A DNA stretch of 64,000 nucleotides. Origin: Tidjanibacter sp. Its GTDB lineage: Bacteria; Bacteroidota; Bacteroidia; Bacteroidales; Rikenellaceae. Positions 8,218-17,807 of this stretch are shown here, in pieces. The stretch spans positions 20,367-84,366 of the forward strand of contig JAZNNC010000025.1 in assembly GCA_045580045.1 (NCBI GenBank), in the 5' to 3' direction. The notes beneath the pieces were generated by a model, which had not been told where the DNA came from, did not search any database, and was given only the letters and a program-made list of their open reading frames with translations. Position 1 is the stretch's first letter. Each line of letters starts with the position of its first letter. The position numbers were made by a program, and so were the translations under genes.

Positions 8218-9150
8218 CTAATATATCACCGCATCCTTCGGGGGTTTCACTTTCCAGCGTTTGTGCGACCACAGCCACAGTTCGGGCTTGCGGCGTATCA
8301 TCTCCTCCAATTTGGCCACATAGCGATCCATAATCTCCGTTTCGGGGATATCCTCCACCCCATCGTAGATTTTCACAAAGCGGCAGGTGTAGTAGGACGG
8401 TTTGCGTTCATCTATTTCAAGAAAATAGACCGGCATACCAAACCTCTTGGCATAGTGGCCCATACCTCCGAAGAACAAGGCAGGCTGATTGAGGAACGTG
8501 CGCCACTTGTGGTCGCTGGTATTCTCATAGGCACTCTGGTCGGCAATCAAGCCCAGAGCCATCTGTTCACCCGCTCTCTTACACTGCAACACCCTCCTAC
8601 CCAAACCAAACATAGGCACCACCTCCATTCCGAGGCGCGTGCGCAGGTGTATCATAAAACTATCCATAACCTTATTCTTCAACGGGTGATAGACTCCGAG
8701 GTTGTGGTAGGGGTGGTCTATGGCAAAGACCGAGAAATATTCCCACTCGCCGTAGTGTGCCAAAGCTGCCACCCAATCCTTTGTCCCCACCTCGCGGTCG
8801 AACTCTTCAAGGTTTTCGATGTGCATACGTCGTTTGAGTTGGCGGCGGGTGATGCTGGTCATATCCACCACATCCACAAAGACCTCCGAGAGGTGCTTGT
8901 AGAACCTACGCTCAATCTCCCACCTCTCCTCTTCGCTCTTCTCGGGGAAAGCATTTGCGAGGTTCTCTCGCACAACCTTCACACGATAACGCAACACCCA
9001 ATAGAGGAAGAAATAGATGATTGGTGCCAACATATAGTAGAGCACCACATAGGGCAACAAACCAATAAGTTTGCACACACCCAACAGCAACCAATAGAGA
9101 ATCTTCTGCCCGAAGTTAAGATTTTTGGTCAGCGATGTATTTTCTGCCAT
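8218..9150 (-). CDS. Lipid A biosynthesis acyltransferase (LpxL/HtrB family)
   Basis: RVKVVRENLANAFPE, AHYGEWE, LIADQ, IRRKPELWLWSHKRWK. Confidence 0.88.
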   Translation of the reverse strand: MAENTSLTKNLNFGQKILYWLLLGVCKLIGLLPYVVLYYMLAPIIYFFLYWVLRYRVKVVRENLANAFPEKSEEERWEIERRFYKHLSEVFVDVVDMTSITRRQLKRRMHIENLEEFDREVGTKDWVAALAHYGEWEYFSVFAIDHPYHNLGVYHPLKNKVMDSFMIHLRTRLGMEVVPMFGLGRRVLQCKRAGEQMALGLIADQSAYENTSDHKWRTFLNQPALFFGGMGHYAKRFGMPVYFLEIDERKPSYYTCRFVKIYDGVEDIPETEIMDRYVAKLEEMIRRKPELWLWSHKRWKVKPPKDAVIY

Positions 9151-9206
9151 AACAAAACGAGTTACAACGTGTTACAATAAATACGGTATTAGCAAAAGTC
9201 GGCATC

Positions 9207-10664
9207 CTACCTATCTTCAATCACCCTCACATCGACACTCTTGGTCCTCACCGAAAGCCACAGTTTTATGCGTTCAAGGTCGAGCGGACGGAGCGTATCG
9301 ATGGGCTTTACTACCGCCACAACATAGGTTTCACTCGGCTTACCATTGGCATAGGCAGTGTGTTTGGACAGCGACACCGCTGCCACATTATCCACCACGT
9401 GTGCCATCTCGCGCGAGATGTCGGCCGACGAAAGAGTGTCGGCGGGAGTTACAGCCGCAAGGCGTTTTTCCAACCTGCTAATAACTTTATTTTTCTCCTC
9501 TATGATGTCGGCATAGCTCTTCTGCAAGCGACTAATATCGAGTTTACCATCATTCTCGGCCTGCTTCACAATAAGTTCGGTATTGTGCAAGCCATAGTCG
9601 GCCATCTGAGCGCGCGCATTGTCAATCACATCCTGCGACAAAGGCTCACCCACAAGTCGTATCTCCACCTTTGAGTTTTTACCCTCGTAGTGAAAATCCT
9701 TCACATAGTCCACAATCATCGTCTTGTTGAACTGGAACACCTTGCTCACATACCTATCCACACTCTCTTCAAAGGCTGTACGACGCACAATGTGGGCACC
9801 AAACAGAATACTCGGAACACCCACAAGGACAACGATTAGTGTCATATAGCGGGTGTGTTTCTTCTGCTGCACAGGGTCCAATATGGTCTTTTTCTCATAG
9901 CGCAACAGCAAGACCACAATGTAGGTTGCCAGAGCAATAAAGACAGCGTTGATGGTGAACAGATAGAGCGCACCGAAGAAAAACTGTGCATTAGCCGTAG
10001 CAAGTCCGAAACCTGCCGTACACAACGGAGGCATCAGGGCGGTGGCAATGGCCACACCCGACACTACCGTTACGGCTTTGTCCTTACGAGTCTGGGCCAC
10101 CATACCCGCCAAACCGCCAAAGAAGGCTATCAGCACATCGTAGGTGGTGGGATTGGTGCGGGCCAAAAGTTCGCTCTGCGCCGTAGAGATTGGCGAAAGC
10201 AGAAAATAGACGGTGCTGGTAACAAGGCTCACACCCACCATCAGAAGGAAGTTGCGCCAAGCCGATTTGAGCATATCGAAATCATTGATACCCAGCGACA
10301 GACCAATACCCGTAATTGGGCCCATAAGGGGCGACACCAACATCGCACCGATGATTACAGCCGTGGAGTTGACATTCAGGCCCAACGAAGCGATGAATAC
10401 CGCAAACATCAACACCCATAGGTTTGTTCCCTTGAAGTCGATACCCTTACGCACACCCTCGACAACCTCCACTTGGGGTGCGCTACCCTCTTTAAGGTCG
10501 AAGCGTCCCTTCATAAAGTTGCGAACATTATGCCACAAAGTGCGCACCACAGCCGTCAGGCTGAATCGTTTTTTATCGGTGTGGGCATCCTCCTTTACAT
10601 CCACCACAACGGGAGTAGCCTCTGTGGTTTTGTCATCAACCACTCTATCTCTCTGTTCTTCCAT
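9207..10664 (-). CDS. DUF389 (TIGR00341-like) membrane protein
   Basis: IASLGLNVNSTAVIIGAMLVSPLMGPI, ELLART, GVAIATALMPPLCTAGFGLA; multiple TM segments. Confidence 0.88.
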   Translation of the reverse strand: MEEQRDRVVDDKTTEATPVVVDVKEDAHTDKKRFSLTAVVRTLWHNVRNFMKGRFDLKEGSAPQVEVVEGVRKGIDFKGTNLWVLMFAVFIASLGLNVNSTAVIIGAMLVSPLMGPITGIGLSLGINDFDMLKSAWRNFLLMVGVSLVTSTVYFLLSPISTAQSELLARTNPTTYDVLIAFFGGLAGMVAQTRKDKAVTVVSGVAIATALMPPLCTAGFGLATANAQFFFGALYLFTINAVFIALATYIVVLLLRYEKKTILDPVQQKKHTRYMTLIVVLVGVPSILFGAHIVRRTAFEESVDRYVSKVFQFNKTMIVDYVKDFHYEGKNSKVEIRLVGEPLSQDVIDNARAQMADYGLHNTELIVKQAENDGKLDISRLQKSYADIIEEKNKVISRLEKRLAAVTPADTLSSADISREMAHVVDNVAAVSLSKHTAYANGKPSETYVVAVVKPIDTLRPLDLERIKLWLSVRTKSVDVRVIEDR

Positions 10665-10670
10665 AGTGTA

Positions 10671-11384
10671 TTAGTTTTCCTCTACATCTTCCGTATTATC
10701 TCTGCCATCCCTACCGGCAGCACCCTCCACAACCATCACAAACTCACCCTTCGGCGGGTGGGCCTCAAAGTGGGCTATAACCTCGGCGATGGTACCACGT
10801 ACGGTCTGTTCAAATTTCTTGGACAGCTCTCTCGACACGCTCACTCTGCGCTCCATACCAAAGACCTCGCCGAACTCGCCCAATGCTTTGAGTACGCGGA
10901 AGGGCGACTCATAGAAAATCATTGTTCTGGGTTCGTTGGCCAGAGAAGCAAGGCGTTTTTTACGTCCTTTCTTTTGGGGCAAAAAGCCCTCAAAACAGAA
11001 CTTATCGCACGGAAAACCACTCTGCACCAATGCCGGCACAAAGGCAGTGGCTCCGGGCAGGGTTTCCACCTCAATATCGTGCTCCAAGCAGGTGCGCACC
11101 AACAAAAATCCCGGGTCGGAAATTCCGGGTGTACCGGCATCCGAGATGAGAGCCACACTCCTACCGGCCTCTATCTGTCGGGCCACCTCCTCTGCCGAGG
11201 CGTGTTCGTTGAATTTGTGGTGAGCATACAGTTTGCGCTCTATTCCGTAGTGTTTCAACAGCACTTGCGAGGTGCGTGTGTCCTCGGCCAGCACCATATC
11301 CACCTCGCCGAGCAATCGCACTGCTCGGTAGGTCATATCCTCCAAGTTCCCGATGGGGGTAGGTATGATATATAATTTAGGCAT
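10671..11384 (-). CDS. rsmI: 16S rRNA (cytidine-1402-2'-O)-methyltransferase
   Basis: LYIIPTPIGNLEDMTYRA, AEDTR, SDAGTPGISDPG, FEGFLP, FYESP, RELSKKFE, KGEFV. Confidence 0.97.
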   Translation of the reverse strand: MPKLYIIPTPIGNLEDMTYRAVRLLGEVDMVLAEDTRTSQVLLKHYGIERKLYAHHKFNEHASAEEVARQIEAGRSVALISDAGTPGISDPGFLLVRTCLEHDIEVETLPGATAFVPALVQSGFPCDKFCFEGFLPQKKGRKKRLASLANEPRTMIFYESPFRVLKALGEFGEVFGMERRVSVSRELSKKFEQTVRGTIAEVIAHFEAHPPKGEFVMVVEGAAGRDGRDNTEDVEEN

Positions 11385-11408
11385 AGTTGCTATCTACAAA
11401 CAAGTGAG

Positions 11409-12461
11409 CTACAAAAGTTTACGCATCAGCAAATCCACCAACAGTTTAGCACCCTCGCTGTTGGGATTCCAATCGAAGTTGTCATAGATAAAGAGCATAG
11501 CCTCATCCAGACTCTCATAGGAATCCAACACCTCCATCGCCTGCTCATACAAAGCACCATTGCCCGCAAACAGGTCCCGTGTGAGAAGCACCCTATCGTT
11601 GATACTCACCGACTTCATCAGCGACATTGCAGCGGCTGACGCAACGGTTGCCACGTCGGAAATCTGCGTGGTCGCCATCGTGTCGGCAATGGTGGTCTGC
11701 TCGCCACCCAACACATCGGCCAACACCACCGTATTGGCAGTTTCCACATCAGGTGCAAAATTTTTCTCGGCAATTGGCTCACGTTCCTCCTGTACTACAA
11801 CCTCCTCTTCAACCTCCTCTTCAATTACAAAATCAATCACGGGAGTCTCCATTTCAAGTTCCTCAACCACCTCTTGGGGCTCCTCGGAAGGCTCCTCTTC
11901 GCACGTTTCGGCAGACTCCTCCTCTTCGTCGTCATAGAGAGAGAGCACCTTTTTGTGGTCAATCCTACCCTTTGGCACAACGACCTCCTCTGTGGATTCA
12001 CTCTCCTGCTCTTCGACGGTCTCATCCGCCTGCTCCTCCGAGGACTCTTCATCTGCACCAACAGACTCATTTACAGGCTCCGTTGCCATCTCCTCTTCGG
12101 CTTCCTCTTCCACCTCTTCGGCAGACTCCTCGGCAATCGCTTCCTCAACCTCTTCGGCAACCTCATCATCTTCCTCTTCGGGCAGTTGCTCAACCTCATC
12201 AATGATATCCTCAATGAGCTCGATAACCGACTCCTCCACGGGTTCCTCGGCAAGCACACCCACAATGGGTGCCACCACAGCAGGTGCGTCCAAATCGTCT
12301 GTTTCCTCTTCGGGGACAACGAGGTCGGCCATAAGAACTTTTTCATAGAGTGAACGCATCTTTTCGAGCAGGATATCACGTTCGATGGTCGAGAACTCTT
12401 CGGGGTTGAGTTGGGCCAACTGCTGCTCCAACCGATTGATAGTGGCTATGATATTTTTCAT
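11409..12461 (-). CDS. Hypothetical protein with a long Glu-rich low-complexity linker and a folded C-terminal domain
   Basis: N-terminal helix, about 200 aa acidic region, C-terminal SINDRVLLTRDLFAGN...W..NSEG...L..LL.RKL. ATG at 12461 preferred. Confidence 0.75.
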   Translation of the reverse strand: MKNIIATINRLEQQLAQLNPEEFSTIERDILLEKMRSLYEKVLMADLVVPEEETDDLDAPAVVAPIVGVLAEEPVEESVIELIEDIIDEVEQLPEEEDDEVAEEVEEAIAEESAEEVEEEAEEEMATEPVNESVGADEESSEEQADETVEEQESESTEEVVVPKGRIDHKKVLSLYDDEEEESAETCEEEPSEEPQEVVEELEMETPVIDFVIEEEVEEEVVVQEEREPIAEKNFAPDVETANTVVLADVLGGEQTTIADTMATTQISDVATVASAAAMSLMKSVSINDRVLLTRDLFAGNGALYEQAMEVLDSYESLDEAMLFIYDNFDWNPNSEGAKLLVDLLMRKLL

Positions 12462-12581
12462 ACTGAACGATATTTTTCGCATTAAAACCATTTCTAACCT
12501 TCAAAAATACAATTTTTGATTTAAGAAAGCAAATTTATTACGTATCTTTGCGCCATAATCTGTAAAAACGACTATTTTCTT

Positions 12582-13682
12582 ATGGCATTACAATGCGGCA
12601 TAGTGGGCCTGCCCAACGTGGGCAAGAGCACCCTTTTCAACTGCCTCTCCAACGCAAAGGCACAGGCAGCAAACTTCCCTTTCTGCACCATCGACCCCAA
12701 TGTGGGCGTAATCACCGTACCCGACCAGAGGCTTACCAAACTGGCCGAGATTGACAACCCCAAGCGAGTCATCCCCACAACCATCGAGATTGTGGACATC
12801 GCAGGCCTCGTTAAGGGCGCATCAAAGGGCGAAGGTTTGGGTAATAAGTTCTTGGCAAACATTCGCAACACGGATGCTATCATCCACGTCCTGCGTTGTT
12901 TCGACGACGAGAACATTACCCACGTTGACGGCACCGTTAACCCTGTGAGGGACAAGGAAATCATCGACACCGAACTCCTCCTCAAAGACCTCGAAACAAT
13001 CGAAGGTCGCATCGGCAAGGTACAGAAGCAGGCAGCCATTGGAGAGAAAGCCGCCAAGCGTCAGTATGAGATTTTGTGCCGCTACAAGGAGGCCATCGAG
13101 GGCGGTAAGGCTGCACGCACTGTGGAAATTGACAACAAGGAGGACGCCAAGTGGGTGCAGGAGCTCTGCCTGCTGACCAACAAACCCGTGCTCTATGTTT
13201 GCAACGTGGACGAGGCAAGCATCACAAGTGGCAACGCCTATGTGGATGCTGTGCGTGAGGCCATCAAGGAGGAGAATGCCGAATTGCTCGTTGTGGCCGC
13301 AGCCACCGAGGCCGACATTGCCGAGTTGGATAGTTACGAGGAGCGTCAGATTTTCCTCGAAGAGTTGGGTATTGAGGAGTCGGGCGTGAGCCGCCTTATC
13401 AAGGCCGCCTATGCGTTGCTGGGACTTGAAACATTCTTCACCACCGGTGCCGACGAGTCGAGGGCGTGGACCTACACTCGTGGCTACAAAGCCCCACAAG
13501 CCGCTGGTGTTATCCACAGCGACTTTGAGCGTGGTTTCATCCGTGCCGAGGTAATCAAATATGACGACTACGTTGCGCTCGGTAGCGAGAAAGCTTGTCG
13601 CGAGGCGGGCAAAATAGGCATCGAAGGCAAGGAGTACATCGTGCAGGATGGCGACATTATGCACTTCCTGTTCAACGTCTAA
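12582..13682 (+). CDS. ychF: Redox-regulated ATPase YchF (Obg family)
   Basis: GIVGLPNVGKST, NFPFCTIDPN, DIAGLVKGASKGEGLGNKFL, GVIHSDFERGFIRAE, YIVQDGD. Confidence 0.98.
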   Translation: MALQCGIVGLPNVGKSTLFNCLSNAKAQAANFPFCTIDPNVGVITVPDQRLTKLAEIDNPKRVIPTTIEIVDIAGLVKGASKGEGLGNKFLANIRNTDAIIHVLRCFDDENITHVDGTVNPVRDKEIIDTELLLKDLETIEGRIGKVQKQAAIGEKAAKRQYEILCRYKEAIEGGKAARTVEIDNKEDAKWVQELCLLTNKPVLYVCNVDEASITSGNAYVDAVREAIKEENAELLVVAAATEADIAELDSYEERQIFLEELGIEESGVSRLIKAAYALLGLETFFTTGADESRAWTYTRGYKAPQAAGVIHSDFERGFIRAEVIKYDDYVALGSEKACREAGKIGIEGKEYIVQDGDIMHFLFNV

Positions 13683-13684
13683 TT

Positions 13685-13713
13685 CAAACTGCAAAATATC
13701 AAAATTCAAAATT
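13685..13713 (+). repeat. Degenerate heptamer array (CAAAATT-type)
   Basis: caaactg caaaata t caaaatt caaaatt directly after the ychF stop. Confidence 0.55.
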
Positions 13714-13721
13714 ATAATCCT

Positions 13722-15254
13722 ATGGATAGAAAAGTAAGGGTTAGGTTTGCACCCTCGCCCACCGGCGCACTTCACATTGGCGGTGTTCGTACCGCACTCT
13801 ACAACTACCTCTTTGCCCGCCAAAGGGGTGGCGACTTCATCCTCCGCATTGAGGATACCGCCTCCACACGTTATGTTCCCGGAGCCGAAGAGTATATTAT
13901 GGAGTCGCTCGAATGGTGCGGCATCAAGATTGACGAGGGAGTACGCGAGGGAGGCCCCCACGCACCCTATCGTCAGAGTGAGCGTAAGGAGATTTACCTC
14001 AAATATGCACTGCAACTCGTGGAGAGCGGCAATGCCTACTACGCATTCGACACCCCCGAGGAGCTCAACGCCCTACGTAGCGATTTGGAGGCCAAAGGCG
14101 AAACATTCTGCTACAACTATGCCGTGAGGGAGCAGCTTGCCACCTCGCTGCGTCTGTCGGCCGAGGAGGTCGAGGAGCGCAAAGCTCGTGGCGACCAATG
14201 GGTTATCCGTTTCAAAATGCCCGAGAACGAGGTAGTGAAGATGGACGACCTCATTCGTGGCCACGTGGAGATGAACACCTCCACCCTCGACGACAAGGTG
14301 CTCTACAAGTCGGCCGACCAACTCCCCACCTACCACTTGGCCAACATCGTGGATGACCACCTGATGGAAATCAGCCACGTTATTCGTGGCGAGGAGTGGT
14401 TGCCCTCGTTGCCCCTGCACTACCTGCTCTACCGTGCCTTCGGTTGGGAGGAGAGCCGCCCCGAGTTTGCACACCTTCCCCTCTTGCTCAAACCCACCGG
14501 TCAGGGCAAGTTGAGCAAGCGCGATGGCGACAAGTTGGGCTTCCCTGTATTCCCATTGAAGTTTGTTGCCCCCAGCGGTGAGGTTTCGAGGGGCTACCGT
14601 GAGGATGGCTATTTCCCTGAGGCATTTATCAATATGCTCGCACTCTTGGGCTGGAATCCCGGCACCGAGCAGGAGATTTTCTCTATGGAGGAGTTGATTG
14701 AGGCATTCTCGTTGGAGCGTGTAGGCAAGTCGGGCGCACGATTCAGCCCCGACAAGGCACACTGGTTCAACGCACAGTATATGCACACGCGCGACAATGA
14801 GGAGTTGGCCGACATCTACACCGCACAACTAGCCGAGCGCGGCATCAATATCGAGCGCGAGAAGGCACTCCGCATCGTGGCCCAAATCAAGATGAGGGCT
14901 ACCTTCCCCGAGGAGTTTTGGTCGCTCTCTTCGTTCCTCTTTGAGGCCCCCACAGCCTACGATGAGAAGGCCACCAAGAAGTATTGGAAACCCGATGCTC
15001 CACGCATTATGGGCGAGTTGAAGGCTCTCTTGGAGGGCATTGAGGAGTTCACCACCGAGAATTTGGAGAAAGTGTGTGGCGAGTGGATTGCCGCCAACCA
15101 GATTGGTATGGGCCTTGTGATGAACGCTTGGAGGCTCTGTATCGTTGGCGAGCCCAAAGGCTTTGGTATGTATGATATGTGTGCCGTGTTGGGCAAGGAG
15201 GAGACTCTCCGCCGCCTGAATAGCGCACTTGCAGTGTTGCCTTCGGCCTTGTAG
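13722..15254 (+). CDS. gltX: Glutamate--tRNA ligase
   Basis: [14 protein letters not shown] (HIGH), [30 protein letters not shown] (KMSKS). Confidence 0.98.
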   Translation: MDRKVRVRFAPSPTGALHIGGVRTALYNYLFARQRGGDFILRIEDTASTRYVPGAEEYIMESLEWCGIKIDEGVREGGPHAPYRQSERKEIYLKYALQLVESGNAYYAFDTPEELNALRSDLEAKGETFCYNYAVREQLATSLRLSAEEVEERKARGDQWVIRFKMPENEVVKMDDLIRGHVEMNTSTLDDKVLYKSADQLPTYHLANIVDDHLMEISHVIRGEEWLPSLPLHYLLYRAFGWEESRPEFAHLPLLLKPTGQGKLSKRDGDKLGFPVFPLKFVAPSGEVSRGYREDGYFPEAFINMLALLGWNPGTEQEIFSMEELIEAFSLERVGKSGARFSPDKAHWFNAQYMHTRDNEELADIYTAQLAERGINIEREKALRIVAQIKMRATFPEEFWSLSSFLFEAPTAYDEKATKKYWKPDAPRIMGELKALLEGIEEFTTENLEKVCGEWIAANQIGMGLVMNAWRLCIVGEPKGFGMYDMCAVLGKEETLRRLNSALAVLPSAL

Positions 15255-15282
15255 GTGAGGATAGTAGAGATAGATTTTTTGC

Positions 15283-15314
15283 AAAAAAGTTGCACCGAGA
15301 AGTGCAACTTTTTT
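15283..15314 (+). terminator. Intrinsic terminator after gltX (bidirectional shape)
   Basis: aaaaaagttgcac-cgagaa-gtgcaactttttt. Confidence 0.75.
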
Positions 15315-15334
15315 GTTATCGTGCAACTTTTGAG

Positions 15335-15342
15335 TACATTTG
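15335..15342 (+). promoter_or_regulatory. Bacteroidetes -7 promoter box for lipoprotein paralog 2
   Basis: TACATTTG matches TAnnTTTG, 30 nt before the ATG at 15372. Confidence 0.55.
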
Positions 15343-15371
15343 TGCATCATAGTCATAAAAACCATAATGTT

Positions 15372-15869
15372 ATGAAGGCTAAAACTACCGCAAAATTGCT
15401 CGCCCTGCTGGGCTTTTCCACTGCGGCCAACTCGTGTGAAGCACTCAATGAAATTGGTGGCGGAGGAGGTTTGGTTATGTATGGTTCGCCAAGCGCATCC
15501 TATGAGTTTAATATTGATGTGGAGGACGTAAACGACGGAAAACCCATCGAGGGTATCCGAGTCAGTTTATTGGAGCGAGGCTACTACCACAACAGCACCA
15601 CGCAGGAGAGAGAGGAACACATTGACACCCTCGCCAAAGGTTTGACCAACGCACAAGGCAAGGTGGTTCTGAAACACGGAGGTTCACCCATCAACTACGA
15701 CACTCCCGAGTTTGCTGCCGACGATGTAGATGGTAGTGAGAATGGCGAATACAATTCCAACAACGTGGAAATCAAAATCGACCGAAATGAGTTTGTTGAT
15801 GACGACGACAACTCGTGGTCTTGGGGCAAGGTAACAAAGGATATAACACTCAAACTTACGAAGAAATAG
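15372..15869 (+). CDS. Radical-SAM-associated lipoprotein (TIGR04134-like), paralog 2
   Basis: MKAKTTAKLLALLGFSTAANSC lipobox, VMYGSP, GKPIEGIRV, TNAQG and DDVDGSENGEY match the blocks in 5470-5910. Confidence 0.85.
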   Translation: MKAKTTAKLLALLGFSTAANSCEALNEIGGGGGLVMYGSPSASYEFNIDVEDVNDGKPIEGIRVSLLERGYYHNSTTQEREEHIDTLAKGLTNAQGKVVLKHGGSPINYDTPEFAADDVDGSENGEYNSNNVEIKIDRNEFVDDDDNSWSWGKVTKDITLKLTKK

Positions 15870-15871
15870 CG

Positions 15872-15906
15872 AAAAAAAGTCCGGCATTTCTGCCGGACTT
15901 TTTTTT
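15872..15906 (+). terminator. Intrinsic terminator after paralog 2
   Basis: aaaaaaagtccggca-tttc-tgccggacttttttt. Confidence 0.85.
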
Positions 15907-16000
15907 ATTGGAACACAATGTGAACACTCAATGATTTTTTCGCATACTGTGAAACATTCGGGCTTGTGCTTGCGTAATAAATAAGAAAGCACATAACCCT

Positions 16001-16486
16001 ATGAAGACTAAATTGATATATAGAATTCTCACCCTGCTGGGTTTTGCAACCGCTGCAACCGGATGCGAGATTGGCAAAGTAATGTATGGCTCCCCCGTTA
16101 TCGTTCCGGGGCCCGATATGTATGGTTGTCCATTTGCTGAATATGTGGCTAACATCGACGTTACCGACAAAGAGAACACCCCTCTTGCCGGCATCAGAGT
16201 TGGACAAGTAGTAACATATAAAACAAAGGACCAGACCATTACCGACACTCTTATAATGGGTGCTACCAATTACAACGGTCGTTTCACTCTGCAAGGAGGA
16301 GATACCTCACTTCCAACATTGCAGTTAGTTATTGAAGATGTAGATGGTGAGGAAAATGGCGGAGAGTTTGCTCCCGCCGACACCACCATAGTCTTCGACG
16401 AAGAGGATTATGTCGGTGGTGGTGATGGCGATTGGAATTTGGGCCAATACGTCAAGAACGTGAAAATAGAACTCGAAAAGCAATAG
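16001..16486 (+). CDS. Radical-SAM-associated lipoprotein (TIGR04134-like), paralog 3, with a duplicated MYG-x-P motif
   Basis: MKTKLIYRILTLLGFATAATGC lipobox; VMYGSPVIVPGPDMYGCP; TPLAGIRV, TNYNGRF, EDVDGEENGGEF. Confidence 0.87.
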   Translation: MKTKLIYRILTLLGFATAATGCEIGKVMYGSPVIVPGPDMYGCPFAEYVANIDVTDKENTPLAGIRVGQVVTYKTKDQTITDTLIMGATNYNGRFTLQGGDTSLPTLQLVIEDVDGEENGGEFAPADTTIVFDEEDYVGGGDGDWNLGQYVKNVKIELEKQ

Positions 16487-16527
16487 ACAAAAAAGTCCGG
16501 CAGGTGCCGGACTTTTTTGTCTATTGC
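16480..16527. terminator. Bidirectional terminator, perfect 23-bp inverted repeat
   Basis: gcaatagacaaaaaagtccggca-gg-tgccggacttttttgtctattgc between convergent paralog 3 and cinA. Confidence 0.88.
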
Positions 16528-16532
16528 TACTA

Positions 16533-17774
16533 CTAACGCTCCAACAAATAGAGCCTCAAGAGGTTGATGGCAGCCGAGGCAGCTCGGTCGATGTTCTGCG
16601 CACGCAGGCGGCCGTGTACTTTCTTTTGCGCCACCGTACCATCGGGGCCCGCAACTGCCGTCCACACCGTACCAACGGGTTTCTCCTCGCTACCACCCGA
16701 AGGGCCTGCAATACCTGTGGTGGCCACACCGTAGGTGGTACCGCACACTCGGCGCACACCCTCGGCCATCTGTCGGGCCACCTGTTCGCTCACGGCTCCA
16801 TATTGTTCCAAGTCGCTGTGGCTCACGCCAAGCACGTTTTCCTTAACACTATTGTCGTAGGACACCACTGCTCCCCAGAAGTAGTTCGAAGCGCCACTCA
16901 TAGCCGTAAACTTGGCACTCAACGCACCTCCGGTGCACGACTCGGCAACTGCAAGGGTTTCGCCCCTTGTGGTGAGCATTTCGGCCACCACACTCTGCAA
17001 GGTATCACTCTCCCACCCCACAAAATATTGGCCCAACAGAGGCATCAGGGCCTCAAAACGGGCATCAATCTCACGGGCAGCCTGCTCGGCATCCACATCG
17101 TAGGCCGAAAGGCGCAGGCGCAACTGTGAGGGCGAGGGTAGATAGGCAAGGTGAAGGTGGTCGGGCAATGCATCCTCCCACTCTGCAATGTGCTCGGCCA
17201 TCATACTCTCGGCCAGACCATAGGTTATGGCTGTGCGGTGAACAACCGATTGAAGATTAAAGTGGGCTTTCAGGCGCGGCAGAACACTCTCCGTCATAAG
17301 GTGTTCCATCTCGAAAGGAACACCGGGAAGCGACACCACAACCCTACCCTCACGCTCGAACCACATACCCGGAGCAGTGCCTTTGTGGTTTGGAAGAACA
17401 ACACAGCACTCCGGCACAAGTGCCTGACTTTTATTGAGTTCGTTAAACTCTATACCCCTTGCGGTCATCATTCTCTCCACGCGCTCGTAGGTTTCCTCGT
17501 GGCGCACAAGAGTAGAGTGGAAAATATCGGCCAGCACCTTCTTTGTGATATCGTCTTTGGTGGGGCCGAGTCCGCCCGTAATGAGCACCACCTCGGAGGC
17601 CTTCAACGACTCCTCCACAGCACTCACAATCTCCTCTCTGCGGTCGCCAATGGAGTATTTTCGGCGCACCGAAAGGCCAATCTCACCCAACCTCTGGGCC
17701 ATCCACACGGAGTTGGTATCAACAATCTGGCCGATGAGAATCTCATCGCCAATGGTTATGATGTCTGCTTTCAT
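16533..17774 (-). CDS. cinA: CinA family protein (MocF-like domain fused to NMN deamidase PncC)
   Basis: IITIGDEILIGQIVDTNS, TGGLGPTKDD, GTAPG, LPGVP, AESCTGG, TTGIAGPSGG...KPVGTV. Confidence 0.93.
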   Translation of the reverse strand: MKADIITIGDEILIGQIVDTNSVWMAQRLGEIGLSVRRKYSIGDRREEIVSAVEESLKASEVVLITGGLGPTKDDITKKVLADIFHSTLVRHEETYERVERMMTARGIEFNELNKSQALVPECCVVLPNHKGTAPGMWFEREGRVVVSLPGVPFEMEHLMTESVLPRLKAHFNLQSVVHRTAITYGLAESMMAEHIAEWEDALPDHLHLAYLPSPSQLRLRLSAYDVDAEQAAREIDARFEALMPLLGQYFVGWESDTLQSVVAEMLTTRGETLAVAESCTGGALSAKFTAMSGASNYFWGAVVSYDNSVKENVLGVSHSDLEQYGAVSEQVARQMAEGVRRVCGTTYGVATTGIAGPSGGSEEKPVGTVWTAVAGPDGTVAQKKVHGRLRAQNIDRAASAAINLLRLYLLER

Positions 17775-17807
17775 TTCGGGGAAACTGAAACTTTACTACA
17801 CAACAAG

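Noticed and set aside
15915-15960. Short direct repeat TGTGAA(C/A)CA upstream of lipoprotein paralog 3
   Set aside because: Two imperfect 9-mers only; too weak to call an operator.
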